Positions 19,213-29,039 of a stretch of 64,000 nucleotides of DNA are shown here, piece after piece; the stretch's first letter is position 1; each line of letters begins with the position of its first letter. The translations under genes and the position numbers were made by a program. The stretch is from assembly GCA_963812135.1 (NCBI GenBank), contig CAWETU010000001.1, forward strand, positions 1,056,001 through 1,120,000, written 5' to 3'. Origin of the DNA: Vulcanimicrobiota bacterium. GTDB lineage: Bacteria > Vulcanimicrobiota > Vulcanimicrobiia > Eremiobacterales > Eremiobacteraceae. The notes beneath the pieces are model-generated. The model made no database searches and had not been told where the DNA came from. It was given only the letters and a program-made list of their open reading frames with translations.

Positions 19213-19842
19213 ATGCACATCCTCGAAACCGTCTCGCATTTCGTCCTCCACCTGATCACCCGCCTCGGCTACGGCGGCCTTTTGGCGGGCATGTTCGGCC
19301 AAGCGGTCGGCGTGCCGCTGCCCAGCGAGCTGATGATGGGCTTCGGCGGATATCTCGCATTCGCGCACAGGTTCAACTTCGCGTTGGTGGTGCTCGTCGG
19401 CGCGGGCGGAGACACATTGGGCGCCGTCGCCGCGTACTGGATCGGCTATTATGGCGGCCGGCCGTTGCTGACGCGCTTCGGGCGTTTCTTCTTCATCGCG
19501 CAGCGCGAGCTCGCCGCGGCGGACGCATGGTTCGCACGCTTCGGCAACCGCGCGGTCCTGGTGTGCAAACTGCTGCCGGGCATCCGCGCGTTCGGGTCAT
19601 ACCCGGCGGGCGTCACCCACATGAATTTCGGCGTGTTCTTGGGTTACACCGCGCTCGGCTCGGTGTTGTTCTGCTCGGTCTTCGCCGCGCTGGGCTACCA
19701 TCTGGGCAAGCACTGGGATTTGATCATCGAGCAGATCAAGCCGATCGGGGCCGCGCTGCTCGTGGCGGTCGCGCTTGCCATCGTCATCTGGCTCGTCGTG
19801 CGCGCGCGCACCGAAAAGGCCAGGGGCTCCACGCCCGCGTAA
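19213..19842 (+). CDS. DedA family membrane protein
   Basis: PLPSE, G...AYWIGYYGGR, LLPGIR..SYPAG. Confidence 0.88.
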   Translation: MHILETVSHFVLHLITRLGYGGLLAGMFGQAVGVPLPSELMMGFGGYLAFAHRFNFALVVLVGAGGDTLGAVAAYWIGYYGGRPLLTRFGRFFFIAQRELAAADAWFARFGNRAVLVCKLLPGIRAFGSYPAGVTHMNFGVFLGYTALGSVLFCSVFAALGYHLGKHWDLIIEQIKPIGAALLVAVALAIVIWLVVRARTEKARGSTPA

Positions 19843-19857
19843 GACCTCTCCCATCCC

Positions 19858-21762
19858 GTGACTTCATTGCAAGAGCAGCTCGACCGCCTGCCGGCGGAGC
19901 CGGGCGTCTACCAGATGCTCGACGCGGACGGCGTCGTGCTGTACGTGGGCAAGGCGATCGACCTGCGCTCTCGCGTACGCTCGTATTTCCAGCCGGGCCG
20001 CGTCCACCACGTGCGCACCGACGCTTTGGTCGAGCGCGTCGCCGCCATCCGCACGATCATCGTCAAGAGCGAGGCCGAGGCGCTGCTGCTTGAGGCCAAT
20101 CTCATAAAGCAGCACAAGCCACAATTCAACGTCCGCCTCAAGGACGACAAGAAGTACCCGTATCTGAAGGTCACGCTCAACGAGGCGTATCCGCGCGTGA
20201 TCTTCACGCGCAAGCTGGTGGACGACGGCAGCCGCTACTACGGCCCGTACACCAACGCCGCGGTGCTGCGCGATTCGATCAATCTCATCCGGCGCGTCTT
20301 CCCGCTGCGCACGTGCCGGCTCGACGATATCGGCATCAAATATCATCGCCCGTGCCTACAATACCACATCAAGCGCTGCATGGCGCCGTGCGCCGGCTTG
20401 CAGACGCGCGAGGAATACGCGGCGATCGTCACCGAGGTCGTGCTCTTCCTCGAAGGACGCCAGGGCGTGCTGGTCGATAAGCTCGAGCGCCAGATGCTCG
20501 ACGCCGCCGATCACCTCTCGTACGAATACGCGGCGCGGCTGCGCGACCGGATCGCCGAGATCAAACGCGTCATGGCGCGGCAGCAGATCGTATGGCGCAG
20601 CAAGATCGATATGGACCTCGTGGCGGGCGCGCACGGCCAGGGCGTGTCGAGCATGGAAGTGTTCTTCGTGCGCGGCGGCAAGCTGGTCGGGCAAGAGCAT
20701 TTCATCGTCGAGGGGACCGAAGGGCGCTCGCCCGATGAGATCCTGGGCAGTTTTGCGGCGCAATATTACGCGACCGCCCCGAACGTGCCGAAGGAAGTGA
20801 TGCTCGAAGACGCGGTGCCCGAACAGCGCGCGTTGGCCGATGCGCTGTCGTTGCGCCGCGGCAACCGCGTGCGCGTGCTGGTGCCGCGCCGCGGCCAGCG
20901 CTCGGAGTTCATGCAAACGGTGCGCCGCAACGCCGAGCAGCATCTCAAAGAATATCTCACCAAGAGCGCGGTCGCCGACGAGCGCGCGACCGTTGCGTTA
21001 GAAGAGCTCGCGGCGGCGCTCGATCTGCCGGCCGTGCCGCAGCGCATCGAAGCGTTCGATATCTCGCACGTCCAGGGCACGAATGTCGTCGGCTCGATGG
21101 TCGTCTTCGAAGACGGGCGCCCGAAGAAGAGCGACTATCGGCGCTTCAAGATCCAGGGTGCGGAGGCGAACGACGACGTCGCGAACATGGCGCAGATGTT
21201 GCGGCGCCGGCTGCGCTACGTGTCGCCGACGTCGCTCGACGCCGAGCACAAGGGTTCGGTGATCCACAAGCATGACAAGAAGTTCGCGAAGCGTCCGAAC
21301 CTTTTGTTGATCGACGGCGGCCGGCCGCAGCTCAACGCCGCGACCAAGGTGCTCGCGGAGCTCGACCTCGTCGCGGTGCCGGTCGCGGCGCTTGCCAAGC
21401 AATTCGAAGAGCTGTATCTGCCCGACGAACCGGAGCCGGTGCTGCTGCCGCGCAATTCGCCGGCGCTGCACCTGGTGCAACGCATTCGAGACGAGGCGCA
21501 TCGCTTCGCCGTGACGTACCATCGAAAGCTGCGCGGGAAACAGCAGGTGAAGTCGGGGTTGGACGGCCTGCCCGGCGTAGGGCCGGCGCGCAAACGCGCG
21601 TTGGTCCACGCATTTGGCTCTGCGGCAGCGGTCAAGCGAGCGACGGTCGCACAGCTTGCGACAGTGCCGGGGATAAGCCAAGCGCTGGCCGCGACGATCC
21701 TCGATGGACTCAATGGAAGAGATGAAAATCCTGAGAAACCAAATGGCACAAACGAGCAGTAG
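19858..21762 (+). CDS. uvrC: Excinuclease ABC subunit C
   Basis: PGVY...YVGKA GIY-YIG domain, UVR domain, EAFDISH, IDGG, RDEAHRFA, HhH motifs. Confidence 0.97.
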   Translation: MTSLQEQLDRLPAEPGVYQMLDADGVVLYVGKAIDLRSRVRSYFQPGRVHHVRTDALVERVAAIRTIIVKSEAEALLLEANLIKQHKPQFNVRLKDDKKYPYLKVTLNEAYPRVIFTRKLVDDGSRYYGPYTNAAVLRDSINLIRRVFPLRTCRLDDIGIKYHRPCLQYHIKRCMAPCAGLQTREEYAAIVTEVVLFLEGRQGVLVDKLERQMLDAADHLSYEYAARLRDRIAEIKRVMARQQIVWRSKIDMDLVAGAHGQGVSSMEVFFVRGGKLVGQEHFIVEGTEGRSPDEILGSFAAQYYATAPNVPKEVMLEDAVPEQRALADALSLRRGNRVRVLVPRRGQRSEFMQTVRRNAEQHLKEYLTKSAVADERATVALEELAAALDLPAVPQRIEAFDISHVQGTNVVGSMVVFEDGRPKKSDYRRFKIQGAEANDDVANMAQMLRRRLRYVSPTSLDAEHKGSVIHKHDKKFAKRPNLLLIDGGRPQLNAATKVLAELDLVAVPVAALAKQFEELYLPDEPEPVLLPRNSPALHLVQRIRDEAHRFAVTYHRKLRGKQQVKSGLDGLPGVGPARKRALVHAFGSAAAVKRATVAQLATVPGISQALAATILDGLNGRDENPEKPNGTNEQ

Positions 21763-21811
21763 GCCCGCGCCGCCGGCACGAAGCGACCGGGCAGAGATGA
21801 GGTTTGGACGA

Positions 21812-22750
21812 ATGAATGGATTGACGCTGCGAGCAGCGCTACTGCTCTCCGCCTGCGCCATCGTGATGGCGGCCTGCACGAGCAACAACGGGGCGCCGCC
21901 GCCGCCGGTGAACGTTCATCAGCGGCTGTTCGTCGCGAATTTCGCCGCCGGCGGCGCGACTTCGAGCCTCGTCGCGTACGTCTTTCCGCTCACCGCCGCA
22001 ATCTCGCCGAACTCGACGTTGCCGAGCGCGCGCGGCCCCAACGGCGCGACCGGCATCACGTTCGATTTCGCAGACGATCTGTACATCGCGAACTCGTCGA
22101 ACAACACCGTCGTCGGCTATATCCCGTTCATCGGCAACAGCTCGAGCCCGAGCCTCACGCTGACCAACGGCATCTCGCAGCCACAGGATATGACCTTCGA
22201 CAACGGTTCGAATCTCTACATCGCGAATTTCAACGGCGGCGCGACCGGTGACGTCACCGTCTACGCTCCGCCCTTCGTCAACTCAAGCTTCCCGCTGTTC
22301 GCGATCAGCAACGGGGTCAACGGACCGACAGGTGTGGTCTCGGATGGCGTAGGCGACGTCTGGGTCACGAATAAGACGGGCCACAACGTCACGGGTTATG
22401 GACTGCCCGCGTCGGCGGCGAGCATACCTTTCGCGACCGTCAGCACCGGTCTGACCGGCCCTGTCGCTTCCGCGTTCGATCTCACCGGCGACATGTACGT
22501 CGTCGACAACACGGCCAACGCGATCGTCGTGTACAAACCGCCGATCACCACGGCCAGCACGCCCTCTTTCTCGATCACGAACGGCATCAACGCGCCGCGT
22601 TACGCGTCCTTCGATCAGGGCGGTTTCCTGTACGTGTCGAACGCGAACAACGTGACCATCTATCAACCGCCGTTCTCAGCGGCCAACGCGCCATTCCTCG
22701 TCATCACGAATGGCCTGAGCACGCCGGTGGGAGTCGCCGTAGGCTTCTAA
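21812..22750 (+). CDS. Lipoprotein with NHL-like beta-propeller repeats
   Basis: Lipobox MAAC; about six repeats of (N)G...P..(T/A)FD...LY(I/V).N. Confidence 0.75.
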   Translation: MNGLTLRAALLLSACAIVMAACTSNNGAPPPPVNVHQRLFVANFAAGGATSSLVAYVFPLTAAISPNSTLPSARGPNGATGITFDFADDLYIANSSNNTVVGYIPFIGNSSSPSLTLTNGISQPQDMTFDNGSNLYIANFNGGATGDVTVYAPPFVNSSFPLFAISNGVNGPTGVVSDGVGDVWVTNKTGHNVTGYGLPASAASIPFATVSTGLTGPVASAFDLTGDMYVVDNTANAIVVYKPPITTASTPSFSITNGINAPRYASFDQGGFLYVSNANNVTIYQPPFSAANAPFLVITNGLSTPVGVAVGF

Positions 22751-22789
22751 GAAGAGGGGGCGCCGCTCTTACGAGGGAACGGGCGGCCC

Positions 22790-23179
22790 ATGCACTTGAT
22801 CGTTCGGTTCATCATCAATGCGTTGGCTGTCCTCGCCATCTCGTACTGGCCGCTTCACGGTCAGCTCATGGGCATCTCCAGCGACGGGTGGAAACCCGCC
22901 CTGATAGCGGCCCTGGTTCTGGGAATTGCCAACGCGATCGTCCGCCCGATCCTCATGCTGCTCACGTGTCCTTTGATCATCTTGACGCTCGGCATCGGCA
23001 CGCTGTTCATCAACGCGCTGATCTTCTATTACGGTCTGCGCTGGATTCCGGGGTTCCACGTACCTGGGTTCTGGGCGGCGTTTTGGGGCGCGATCGTCGT
23101 GACGATCATCTCATGGATTCTCTCGCTGGTCATCCGTGAGCCTGAGGACGACCGGAGGCAGCGCCAGACAACCTCCTAG
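22790..23179 (+). CDS. 4-TM 'phage holin' family (YvlD-like) membrane protein
   Basis: NAIVRPIL.LLT.P..ILTLG...INA signature; GF..AFWGAI. Confidence 0.8.
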   Translation: MHLIVRFIINALAVLAISYWPLHGQLMGISSDGWKPALIAALVLGIANAIVRPILMLLTCPLIILTLGIGTLFINALIFYYGLRWIPGFHVPGFWAAFWGAIVVTIISWILSLVIREPEDDRRQRQTTS

Positions 23180-23222
23180 GGGTAGCGGTCGAAGGCGTTT
23201 TAGGGTAAAATAAACCGGTCGC

Positions 23223-23575
23223 GGGGGCGTCACGGTCTCGACGGGCTGTGCCCTGGCGAAGGAAGCAAGCGGAGTTCCGAGCTCTCCTTAAACGATCGGA
23301 CAACGTATAAACGCGAATAGCGAATACGCACTAGCAGCCTAATCTAGGCTAGCTACGGCCGCGGGGCAACGGCGCCGGCACGGGCCCGCGGACGTCACAC
23401 AAGACGGCTTACGATTCCGGGTGTCTCGACGGAGTCGGACAATGAATCGGGACTGGCGGCCGCGGTAATCGAGCTCGGAGAGTACGCGGTCGCGAGAAAA
23501 AAACCCGAGCTAAGCTTGTAGATGCCTTCGTGGGGGTCTTCTCGGACACCGGTTCAACTCCGGTCGCCTCCACCA
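23223..23575 (+). ncRNA. ssrA: tmRNA; proteolysis tag (A)ANSEYALAA at 23313-23342
   Basis: 5' GGGGGCG pairs with 3' CGCCTCC-ACCA including the G3:U wobble; T-arm GGTTCAACTCC; tag ORF ends ...YALAA-TAA; 353 nt; TAAAAT at 23206. Confidence 0.95.
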
Positions 23576-23617
23576 GAATTGATCGCGAGCCGGAAAAGCG
23601 CTCGGTAGCGCTAAAGC

Positions 23618-24466
23618 GTGGCTCGCATGGGCATCGTGCTCGCGTTGGCGGCGGCGCTCGTTTACGGCGCCGCTGATTTCTTTGGCGGTCTTGCGACCAA
23701 GCGCAACGTCGTGTGGGGCGTGGTGTTTGTCTCCGGCGTAACCGGCCTGGCCACCGCGATCGTCGCGCTACCGCTGCTGGGGCTCGGCCCACCGCTTCCG
23801 CGCGATCTCGAGCTCGGCGCGATCATCGGTGTGGTCGGTCTGATCGGCATCGCGGCATTGTATCGCGGTCTGGCGATCGCGCGCATGAGCGTGGTCGCGC
23901 CGATCACCGCGGTCGTCGCCGCATCGGTTCCGATCTTCTACGGCGTAGTGCGCGGCGAGCGCCCGTCGCTGCCGGCGATCATCGGTATTGTGCTTGCGCT
24001 GGGCGCAGTCGCGCTGGTCTCGCGCTCGAGCGATGAAGACGTGGCGGGCGACCCCGAGCCGCAACGCGCAGGCCTGCTGCTCGCGCTGCTCAGCGGCCTG
24101 GGGTTCGGACTCGTCTACGTCCTGCTGGCCGCGAGTTCGCGCGGCGCATGGCCCCTGGTCGCGTCGCGCACCATGTTCGTCATCCTCACCGGGCTCATCG
24201 TGTGGCGCATGCGGCTGCCGACCCTCACCGTCCGCGGCACCACGGGCTTTGCGGTGCTGACCGGCGTGCTCGACATGGGCGCCAACGTGCTCTACTTGCT
24301 CTCGCTGCGCTACACGTTGGTGGCGATCGCCGCCGTGATCGCATCGCTGTATCCTGCGAGCACGGTCATGCTCGCGCGCATCGTCTTGCACGAGCGCTTG
24401 CACTCGGTGCAATGGGCCGGCGTGGCCTGCGCGCTGGCCGGCGTGATATTGATGGCGCGCGGTTAG
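23618..24466 (+). CDS. DMT/EamA family transporter
   Basis: About 10 TM segments, two EamA halves, ASLYP..TV.LA...L.ERL. Confidence 0.85.
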   Translation: MARMGIVLALAAALVYGAADFFGGLATKRNVVWGVVFVSGVTGLATAIVALPLLGLGPPLPRDLELGAIIGVVGLIGIAALYRGLAIARMSVVAPITAVVAASVPIFYGVVRGERPSLPAIIGIVLALGAVALVSRSSDEDVAGDPEPQRAGLLLALLSGLGFGLVYVLLAASSRGAWPLVASRTMFVILTGLIVWRMRLPTLTVRGTTGFAVLTGVLDMGANVLYLLSLRYTLVAIAAVIASLYPASTVMLARIVLHERLHSVQWAGVACALAGVILMARG

Positions 24467-24536
24467 AGCAGGCGAGCGCCCGACCGAACGCGCGTTCTTG
24501 CCTTCACGCCGCGGATACGGTACGATAGGCCATGTC

Positions 24537-25061
24537 ATGAGCGGTCCCCGGCGCGCTAAAAGTCTCCTCATCGCTGCCATCACGGTGGCGATGCTCGTGT
24601 CCGCAGCTGGTTGCTCCAAGAAGCCTGCGCAGGTCGTGCAAGCGCCCGGCCACTTCACCGTCGACTTCGTCGACGCGGGCACCGAAACACTGGCGCCGAC
24701 GGAGTATTCGGTCGACCCGAACTTGGACACGAGAGGCCTTGCCGAATATGCCGTCACGCAACTGCTCGCCGGCCCGTCCACCGGCCGCGACGCGGTCGTG
24801 CTTTTCCCAGCCAGCACCGTTCTCAACGTCACGCTAGAGGGTGACACGGCCGTCGTCGACATCAGCGGCCCGCTCGCCACGGCCTACAGCGGCGGCGCTG
24901 ACGACGAATCGGCGATGTTCAAATCGCTGACCTACACGCTCACCAACGTCCCAGGGGTGGCGCGCGTCCAAGTGCTGGTGGGCGGCAAGAAGCGAGCCGC
25001 GCTCTCCGGCGGCCACATGGAGCTCGACGAACCGCTGACCAGGGAGAGTTTCGCGCAGTGA
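24537..25061 (+). CDS. GerMN-domain lipoprotein
   Basis: Lipobox AAGC; LLAGP, A.VD.S, SL.YTLT.VPGV..VQ.LV.G. Confidence 0.82.
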   Translation: MSGPRRAKSLLIAAITVAMLVSAAGCSKKPAQVVQAPGHFTVDFVDAGTETLAPTEYSVDPNLDTRGLAEYAVTQLLAGPSTGRDAVVLFPASTVLNVTLEGDTAVVDISGPLATAYSGGADDESAMFKSLTYTLTNVPGVARVQVLVGGKKRAALSGGHMELDEPLTRESFAQ

Positions 25062-27127
25062 TCCGTACCGTTAGCGCGCTGCTCGGCGCCGTGTTGGTGC
25101 TGAGCGGCCTGCTCGCTGCGCCGCTCGATGCGGCCGGCGTTCCCGTCAAGTCGACGAGCGCGAAAGTCTACGTCGCAGGACGCGAAGTGCCGTTCGAGCA
25201 CCTCGGCATCGCGTACAACGATCCGGTCGCGCCGGCGGGCGACCGCGGCGTTCGCACGATGCTCGACCTCGTCCAAGCGCAGATGAACTATCAGCCCGGC
25301 ACGCGTTTCGTGGCCATCACGCGCGCCGACGGCACGCTCATCACGCTGACCGTCGGCAGCGCGGCGCTGTCGGTCGGCGGATCAGCCGTGGCGATTCCGT
25401 TCGCCCCGTTCTACCGCGACAACGACCTCTATCTGCCGCTGCTGCCGCTTGCCAAGGCGCTGCAGTTGGGCGCGCGCGGTTTCCGCGGCGGCTACGTCTT
25501 CGTGCCGCAAGTCGTCGCCATCACCGCTCACACCGACGCACATCGAACGATCGTGGAGATGACCACGTCCGCCCCGGCTGCGTATCGCACGTCGTACGAT
25601 TCGCACTCGGGGACGCTGAAGATCATCTTCCCCGGATTCGGCACGGACTCACAAGGCACGCAGCCATTGTCTGGCCGCGATGGACTCGACGTACGCGTGA
25701 GCGAAGACGGACCACCCGGCTTTCCGACCACGACGGTCGCGATCGACGTCAAACGCGGCGTGAAATTCGCCGCGCACCGCGTCGAGGGCAAGCCGGCCGT
25801 GGATGCGGTGCTCGCGACGAGTGAGAGCGCGCTGCATTTGGATGATGGCACGCACGCGATCGGCCACGTCTCGCGCAACGACGCGAACTCATCGCCCTCG
25901 CCCGCGCCTCCCGTGCACGTCACTGCGACGCCGACGCCACAACCTTTGCCGACGGCCAGCCCAGCGCCGACGTCTCGACCGATCGCCCGGGTCACGCCTG
26001 CGCCATCTCCAACGCCGACTCCAAGCCCGACGCCAACTGCCGCGACGGCCGCTTCAACGAGCCCGGCGCCGGTGGCACCCGAGGCAACGGATAACGGCTC
26101 GCCCTCGCCAACCCCGACCGCGGCCGAGCAACACATCACCGACGCGACCATCGCCGAGATTCCCGGCGGGGGCACGCGCCTGACTCTGACGCTCACCGGC
26201 GGACCCGTGAGTTTCGAGTGGCACCGGCTGGCGGATCCGGACAACCGGTATTGGCTGGACATCAAAGGCGTCACGCTGGTCGGACCGGCGGAGACGCTGA
26301 CCTCGGCGTTGCCGTTCGTCAAGGACATCAAAATCACGCAATTCGAGCTCGACCCCGAGAAGATCGTGCGCATCACGATCGAACCGACGCAGCCGATCGA
26401 CGTCAACATCGGGCCGGTCGCGCAATCGACCGATCAGATGGGCATCCAGATCGAGCGCGAGCCGCCGCCTCCGGATGCGCCCAAGGCCGGCGTAGGCGTC
26501 GTCAGCTGGGTGCTCTTGTCGACGCCTCCACCGTCGCGCACGCCGACGCAACGCGATCTCATCGTGATCGACCCCGGGCACGGCGGCAACGATCCGGGTG
26601 CCGCGAATTCGAGCTACGGTCTCGTCGAGAAACAGCTCACCCTGGCTATCTCGCTGCGCTTGCGCGACGTGCTCCAACATCTCGGCTGGCGCGTGGTGAT
26701 GACCCGCGATTCCGACTACGAGGTCGGCGATCCCCAAGGCGCTGACGCACAGGAGCTGCAGGCGCGATGCGACGTGGCAAATGCCGCGGGCGCGCGCGTG
26801 TTCGTGAGCGTCCACGTCAATTCGTCGGTCGCCCACTCTCTCAACGGCACGACGACCTACTATTGGCGCCAAGCAGACAAAGCATTTGCGCAGGCGGTGC
26901 AGAGATCGGTCATCGTCGCCGACGGGATCACCGACGACGGCGTCAAACGCAATAACTTCTATGTCATCAAACACACCGACATGCCGGCAGTCCTGGTAGA
27001 GACCGCTTTCCTGAGCAACACGCACGATTCAGAACTGCTCGCGCGGCCGGCGTTTCTCGACAAACTCGCGCAAGGCATCGCCAACGGCGTCATGGAGTTC
27101 ACCGGCGGACCGCAGGCGCCGCTGTGA
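25058..27127 (+). CDS. N-acetylmuramoyl-L-alanine amidase (AMIN + Amidase_3) with Pro/Thr-rich linker
   Basis: IDPGHGG.DPGA, EK.LTL, SVHVNS, PAVLVETAFLSN. Confidence 0.92.
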   Translation: MIRTVSALLGAVLVLSGLLAAPLDAAGVPVKSTSAKVYVAGREVPFEHLGIAYNDPVAPAGDRGVRTMLDLVQAQMNYQPGTRFVAITRADGTLITLTVGSAALSVGGSAVAIPFAPFYRDNDLYLPLLPLAKALQLGARGFRGGYVFVPQVVAITAHTDAHRTIVEMTTSAPAAYRTSYDSHSGTLKIIFPGFGTDSQGTQPLSGRDGLDVRVSEDGPPGFPTTTVAIDVKRGVKFAAHRVEGKPAVDAVLATSESALHLDDGTHAIGHVSRNDANSSPSPAPPVHVTATPTPQPLPTASPAPTSRPIARVTPAPSPTPTPSPTPTAATAASTSPAPVAPEATDNGSPSPTPTAAEQHITDATIAEIPGGGTRLTLTLTGGPVSFEWHRLADPDNRYWLDIKGVTLVGPAETLTSALPFVKDIKITQFELDPEKIVRITIEPTQPIDVNIGPVAQSTDQMGIQIEREPPPPDAPKAGVGVVSWVLLSTPPPSRTPTQRDLIVIDPGHGGNDPGAANSSYGLVEKQLTLAISLRLRDVLQHLGWRVVMTRDSDYEVGDPQGADAQELQARCDVANAAGARVFVSVHVNSSVAHSLNGTTTYYWRQADKAFAQAVQRSVIVADGITDDGVKRNNFYVIKHTDMPAVLVETAFLSNTHDSELLARPAFLDKLAQGIANGVMEFTGGPQAPL

Positions 27128-27963
27128 GCGAACGTCCGCGCCCCGTGGCGATGCTCGATTCAGGTCTGGGCGGCCTCACCGTCTTGAACGCGCTGCGCGC
27201 GTTGGCGCCCGGCACCGAAGTCGTCTACTTCGCCGACACCGCAAATGTGCCGTACGGCGATCGCGCGCTTGACGACGTCGCCGCGCTGGGCGCGCGCATC
27301 GTCGAACGCCTCTCGCAGCACGATCCGGCCGTCATCGTCGTCGCATCGGGAACGACGTGCGCCGCATTCGACGCGCACGGCTGGCCATCGTCGCGCGTTC
27401 CTTATACCGGCGTGATCGATACCGGCGCCCGCGCCGCGGTGGCTGCGAGCGCGAGCGGCAGGATCGGCGTGATCGCGACGCGCGGCACGATCGACAGCGG
27501 CTGCTTCGAGCGAGGGGTGCACGCTCTCAAGCCCGATGCGCGCGTCACGAACGTCGCCGCGCCCGCGTTGGTGCCGATCGTCGAAGCCGGCGAGTCTTCA
27601 ACCGAGCGCGCGCAGGCCGCGGTCAACGCTGCATGCCGCGCGTTCGTCGACGCGCACTGTGACGCCGTGATCCTCGGCTGCACCCATTTCCCACATCTGC
27701 GCAAGTGGTTCACGGCTGCGCTCGGTCCGAGCGTGAAACTGGTGGACCCCGCCGATGCATGCGCGGCGGCGACCGTCGCGTTGTTGGCGCCCGAACCGTC
27801 CGGATCGGGGCGATTGATCTGCGAGGTGAGCGGCGACAAGCAGATGTTCGCGCGCTACGCGAAGCCGCTCGGCGCGCCGCGCATCGATGAACTCGTGCAC
27901 GTCGAATTACCACCTGCGAGGTCGCGACAAGACACCACGGGAATAACCAGGAGTGGTTCCTAA
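27124..27963 (+). CDS. murI: Glutamate racemase
   Basis: DSGLGGLTV, D.ANVPYG, ILGCTHFP; the first catalytic motif reads ASGT instead of ACNT. Confidence 0.85.
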   Translation: MSERPRPVAMLDSGLGGLTVLNALRALAPGTEVVYFADTANVPYGDRALDDVAALGARIVERLSQHDPAVIVVASGTTCAAFDAHGWPSSRVPYTGVIDTGARAAVAASASGRIGVIATRGTIDSGCFERGVHALKPDARVTNVAAPALVPIVEAGESSTERAQAAVNAACRAFVDAHCDAVILGCTHFPHLRKWFTAALGPSVKLVDPADACAAATVALLAPEPSGSGRLICEVSGDKQMFARYAKPLGAPRIDELVHVELPPARSRQDTTGITRSGS

Positions 27964-28357
27964 GGCTCAAACCTGGACACGGTTCGGAGCGATCGGTGTC
28001 GCAGCATTCGTCGCGGCTTTACTTGGATTGTTGAAGGTCGAATCGGGTTACCTGTGGCCCATAATGTTCCTGTTCCTTGCTCCGTTCCTAACAATAGCGA
28101 TCTACGTCGGTTTTTTGCGACTGGGATACGGTGCTAAACAGCAACCGGTAATACAGCCGAAGTCTATGACGATTGGGTACTTCTTTTTCGCGGCAAGTGC
28201 AATCGTATTCGCTCTGGCTCTCTTTATCATGGGGCCGACCAACGGATTCACAATCCTCGACGCGATGGTGATCGGGATGTTGCTCCTCTCCCAGGCGCTA
28301 AACATTACAGGCGTGTTGTTCGCGATTCGGCCACGTCGGACCGCGCCACTACAGTAA
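27953..28357 (+). CDS. Hypothetical 4-TM membrane protein
   Basis: Four hydrophobic segments; AT-richer than flanks. Confidence 0.6.
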   Translation: MVPKAQTWTRFGAIGVAAFVAALLGLLKVESGYLWPIMFLFLAPFLTIAIYVGFLRLGYGAKQQPVIQPKSMTIGYFFFAASAIVFALALFIMGPTNGFTILDAMVIGMLLLSQALNITGVLFAIRPRRTAPLQ

Positions 28358-29005
28358 GTGGAAGAGGCGGAAGAAGATGAGCGTCGAGGCGATCGCCACG
28401 ACGCCGCCGGCCAACACCTGCGCGACGGTGTGCGCGCGCAGATACACGCGCGCCCAACAGACGAGCGGCACGAGCGCAGCATACGGCAATGGCTGCAGCT
28501 TGAACAGCACGAACATCACCGTGAACGGACCAACGATGCCGAAGGCATGCGTGCTGATCTTCCAATACCGCGTGATGATCATGACGACGAGGGCGGTCGC
28601 CCAATAACCCCACGCCACGGCGACGATCTGCACGGGAACTTGCGCGATGGTGAAGCCGATGGCCGCCAACAGATCGATGGCGACGATCACCAAGAAGATC
28701 TTCTCACGTTCGAAGCGGTCGGACATGTCGAAGTCCGAGATGCGCCCCGTGACGTAGAGCAGCAGCAAGCAGACGAGCGGCGCCACCGTGTACACGGTGA
28801 CGCTCACGGCCGACAAGACCCAGAACTCCTTTGTCGAAACTGAGAACGCGTGAGAGATGATGATGAACAGCGCGGACGCGCAGATGAATGGGTTGAAGAT
28901 AGTCGAGAGCGCCTTCGCGAATTCGACGGCGGCGCGATGACTGCGCATCCCGACGACGATCGGCTCGACGCGGCTGCCGCGGACCTGGGGCTGCATAGGT
29001 GTCAT
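28349..29005 (-). CDS. PAP2-superfamily-like membrane protein
   Basis: Multi-TM; WKISTH and WARVYLRAHT..QV..G motifs. Confidence 0.7.
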   Translation of the reverse strand: MTPMQPQVRGSRVEPIVVGMRSHRAAVEFAKALSTIFNPFICASALFIIISHAFSVSTKEFWVLSAVSVTVYTVAPLVCLLLLYVTGRISDFDMSDRFEREKIFLVIVAIDLLAAIGFTIAQVPVQIVAVAWGYWATALVVMIITRYWKISTHAFGIVGPFTVMFVLFKLQPLPYAALVPLVCWARVYLRAHTVAQVLAGGVVAIASTLIFFRLFHLL

Positions 29006-29039
29006 TATAGCCGCGCGCAAGAAGGTCTGTAAAGTTAAA

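Noticed and set aside
22790..23179. 'Phage holin' beside tmRNA as a prophage sign
   Set aside because: This family is a common chromosomal membrane protein. There are no phage genes, no integrase and no duplicated ssrA 3' end.
25890..26125. Repetitive DNA inside the amidase gene
   Set aside because: It encodes an ordinary Pro/Thr/Ala-rich linker and is not a discrete repeat element.
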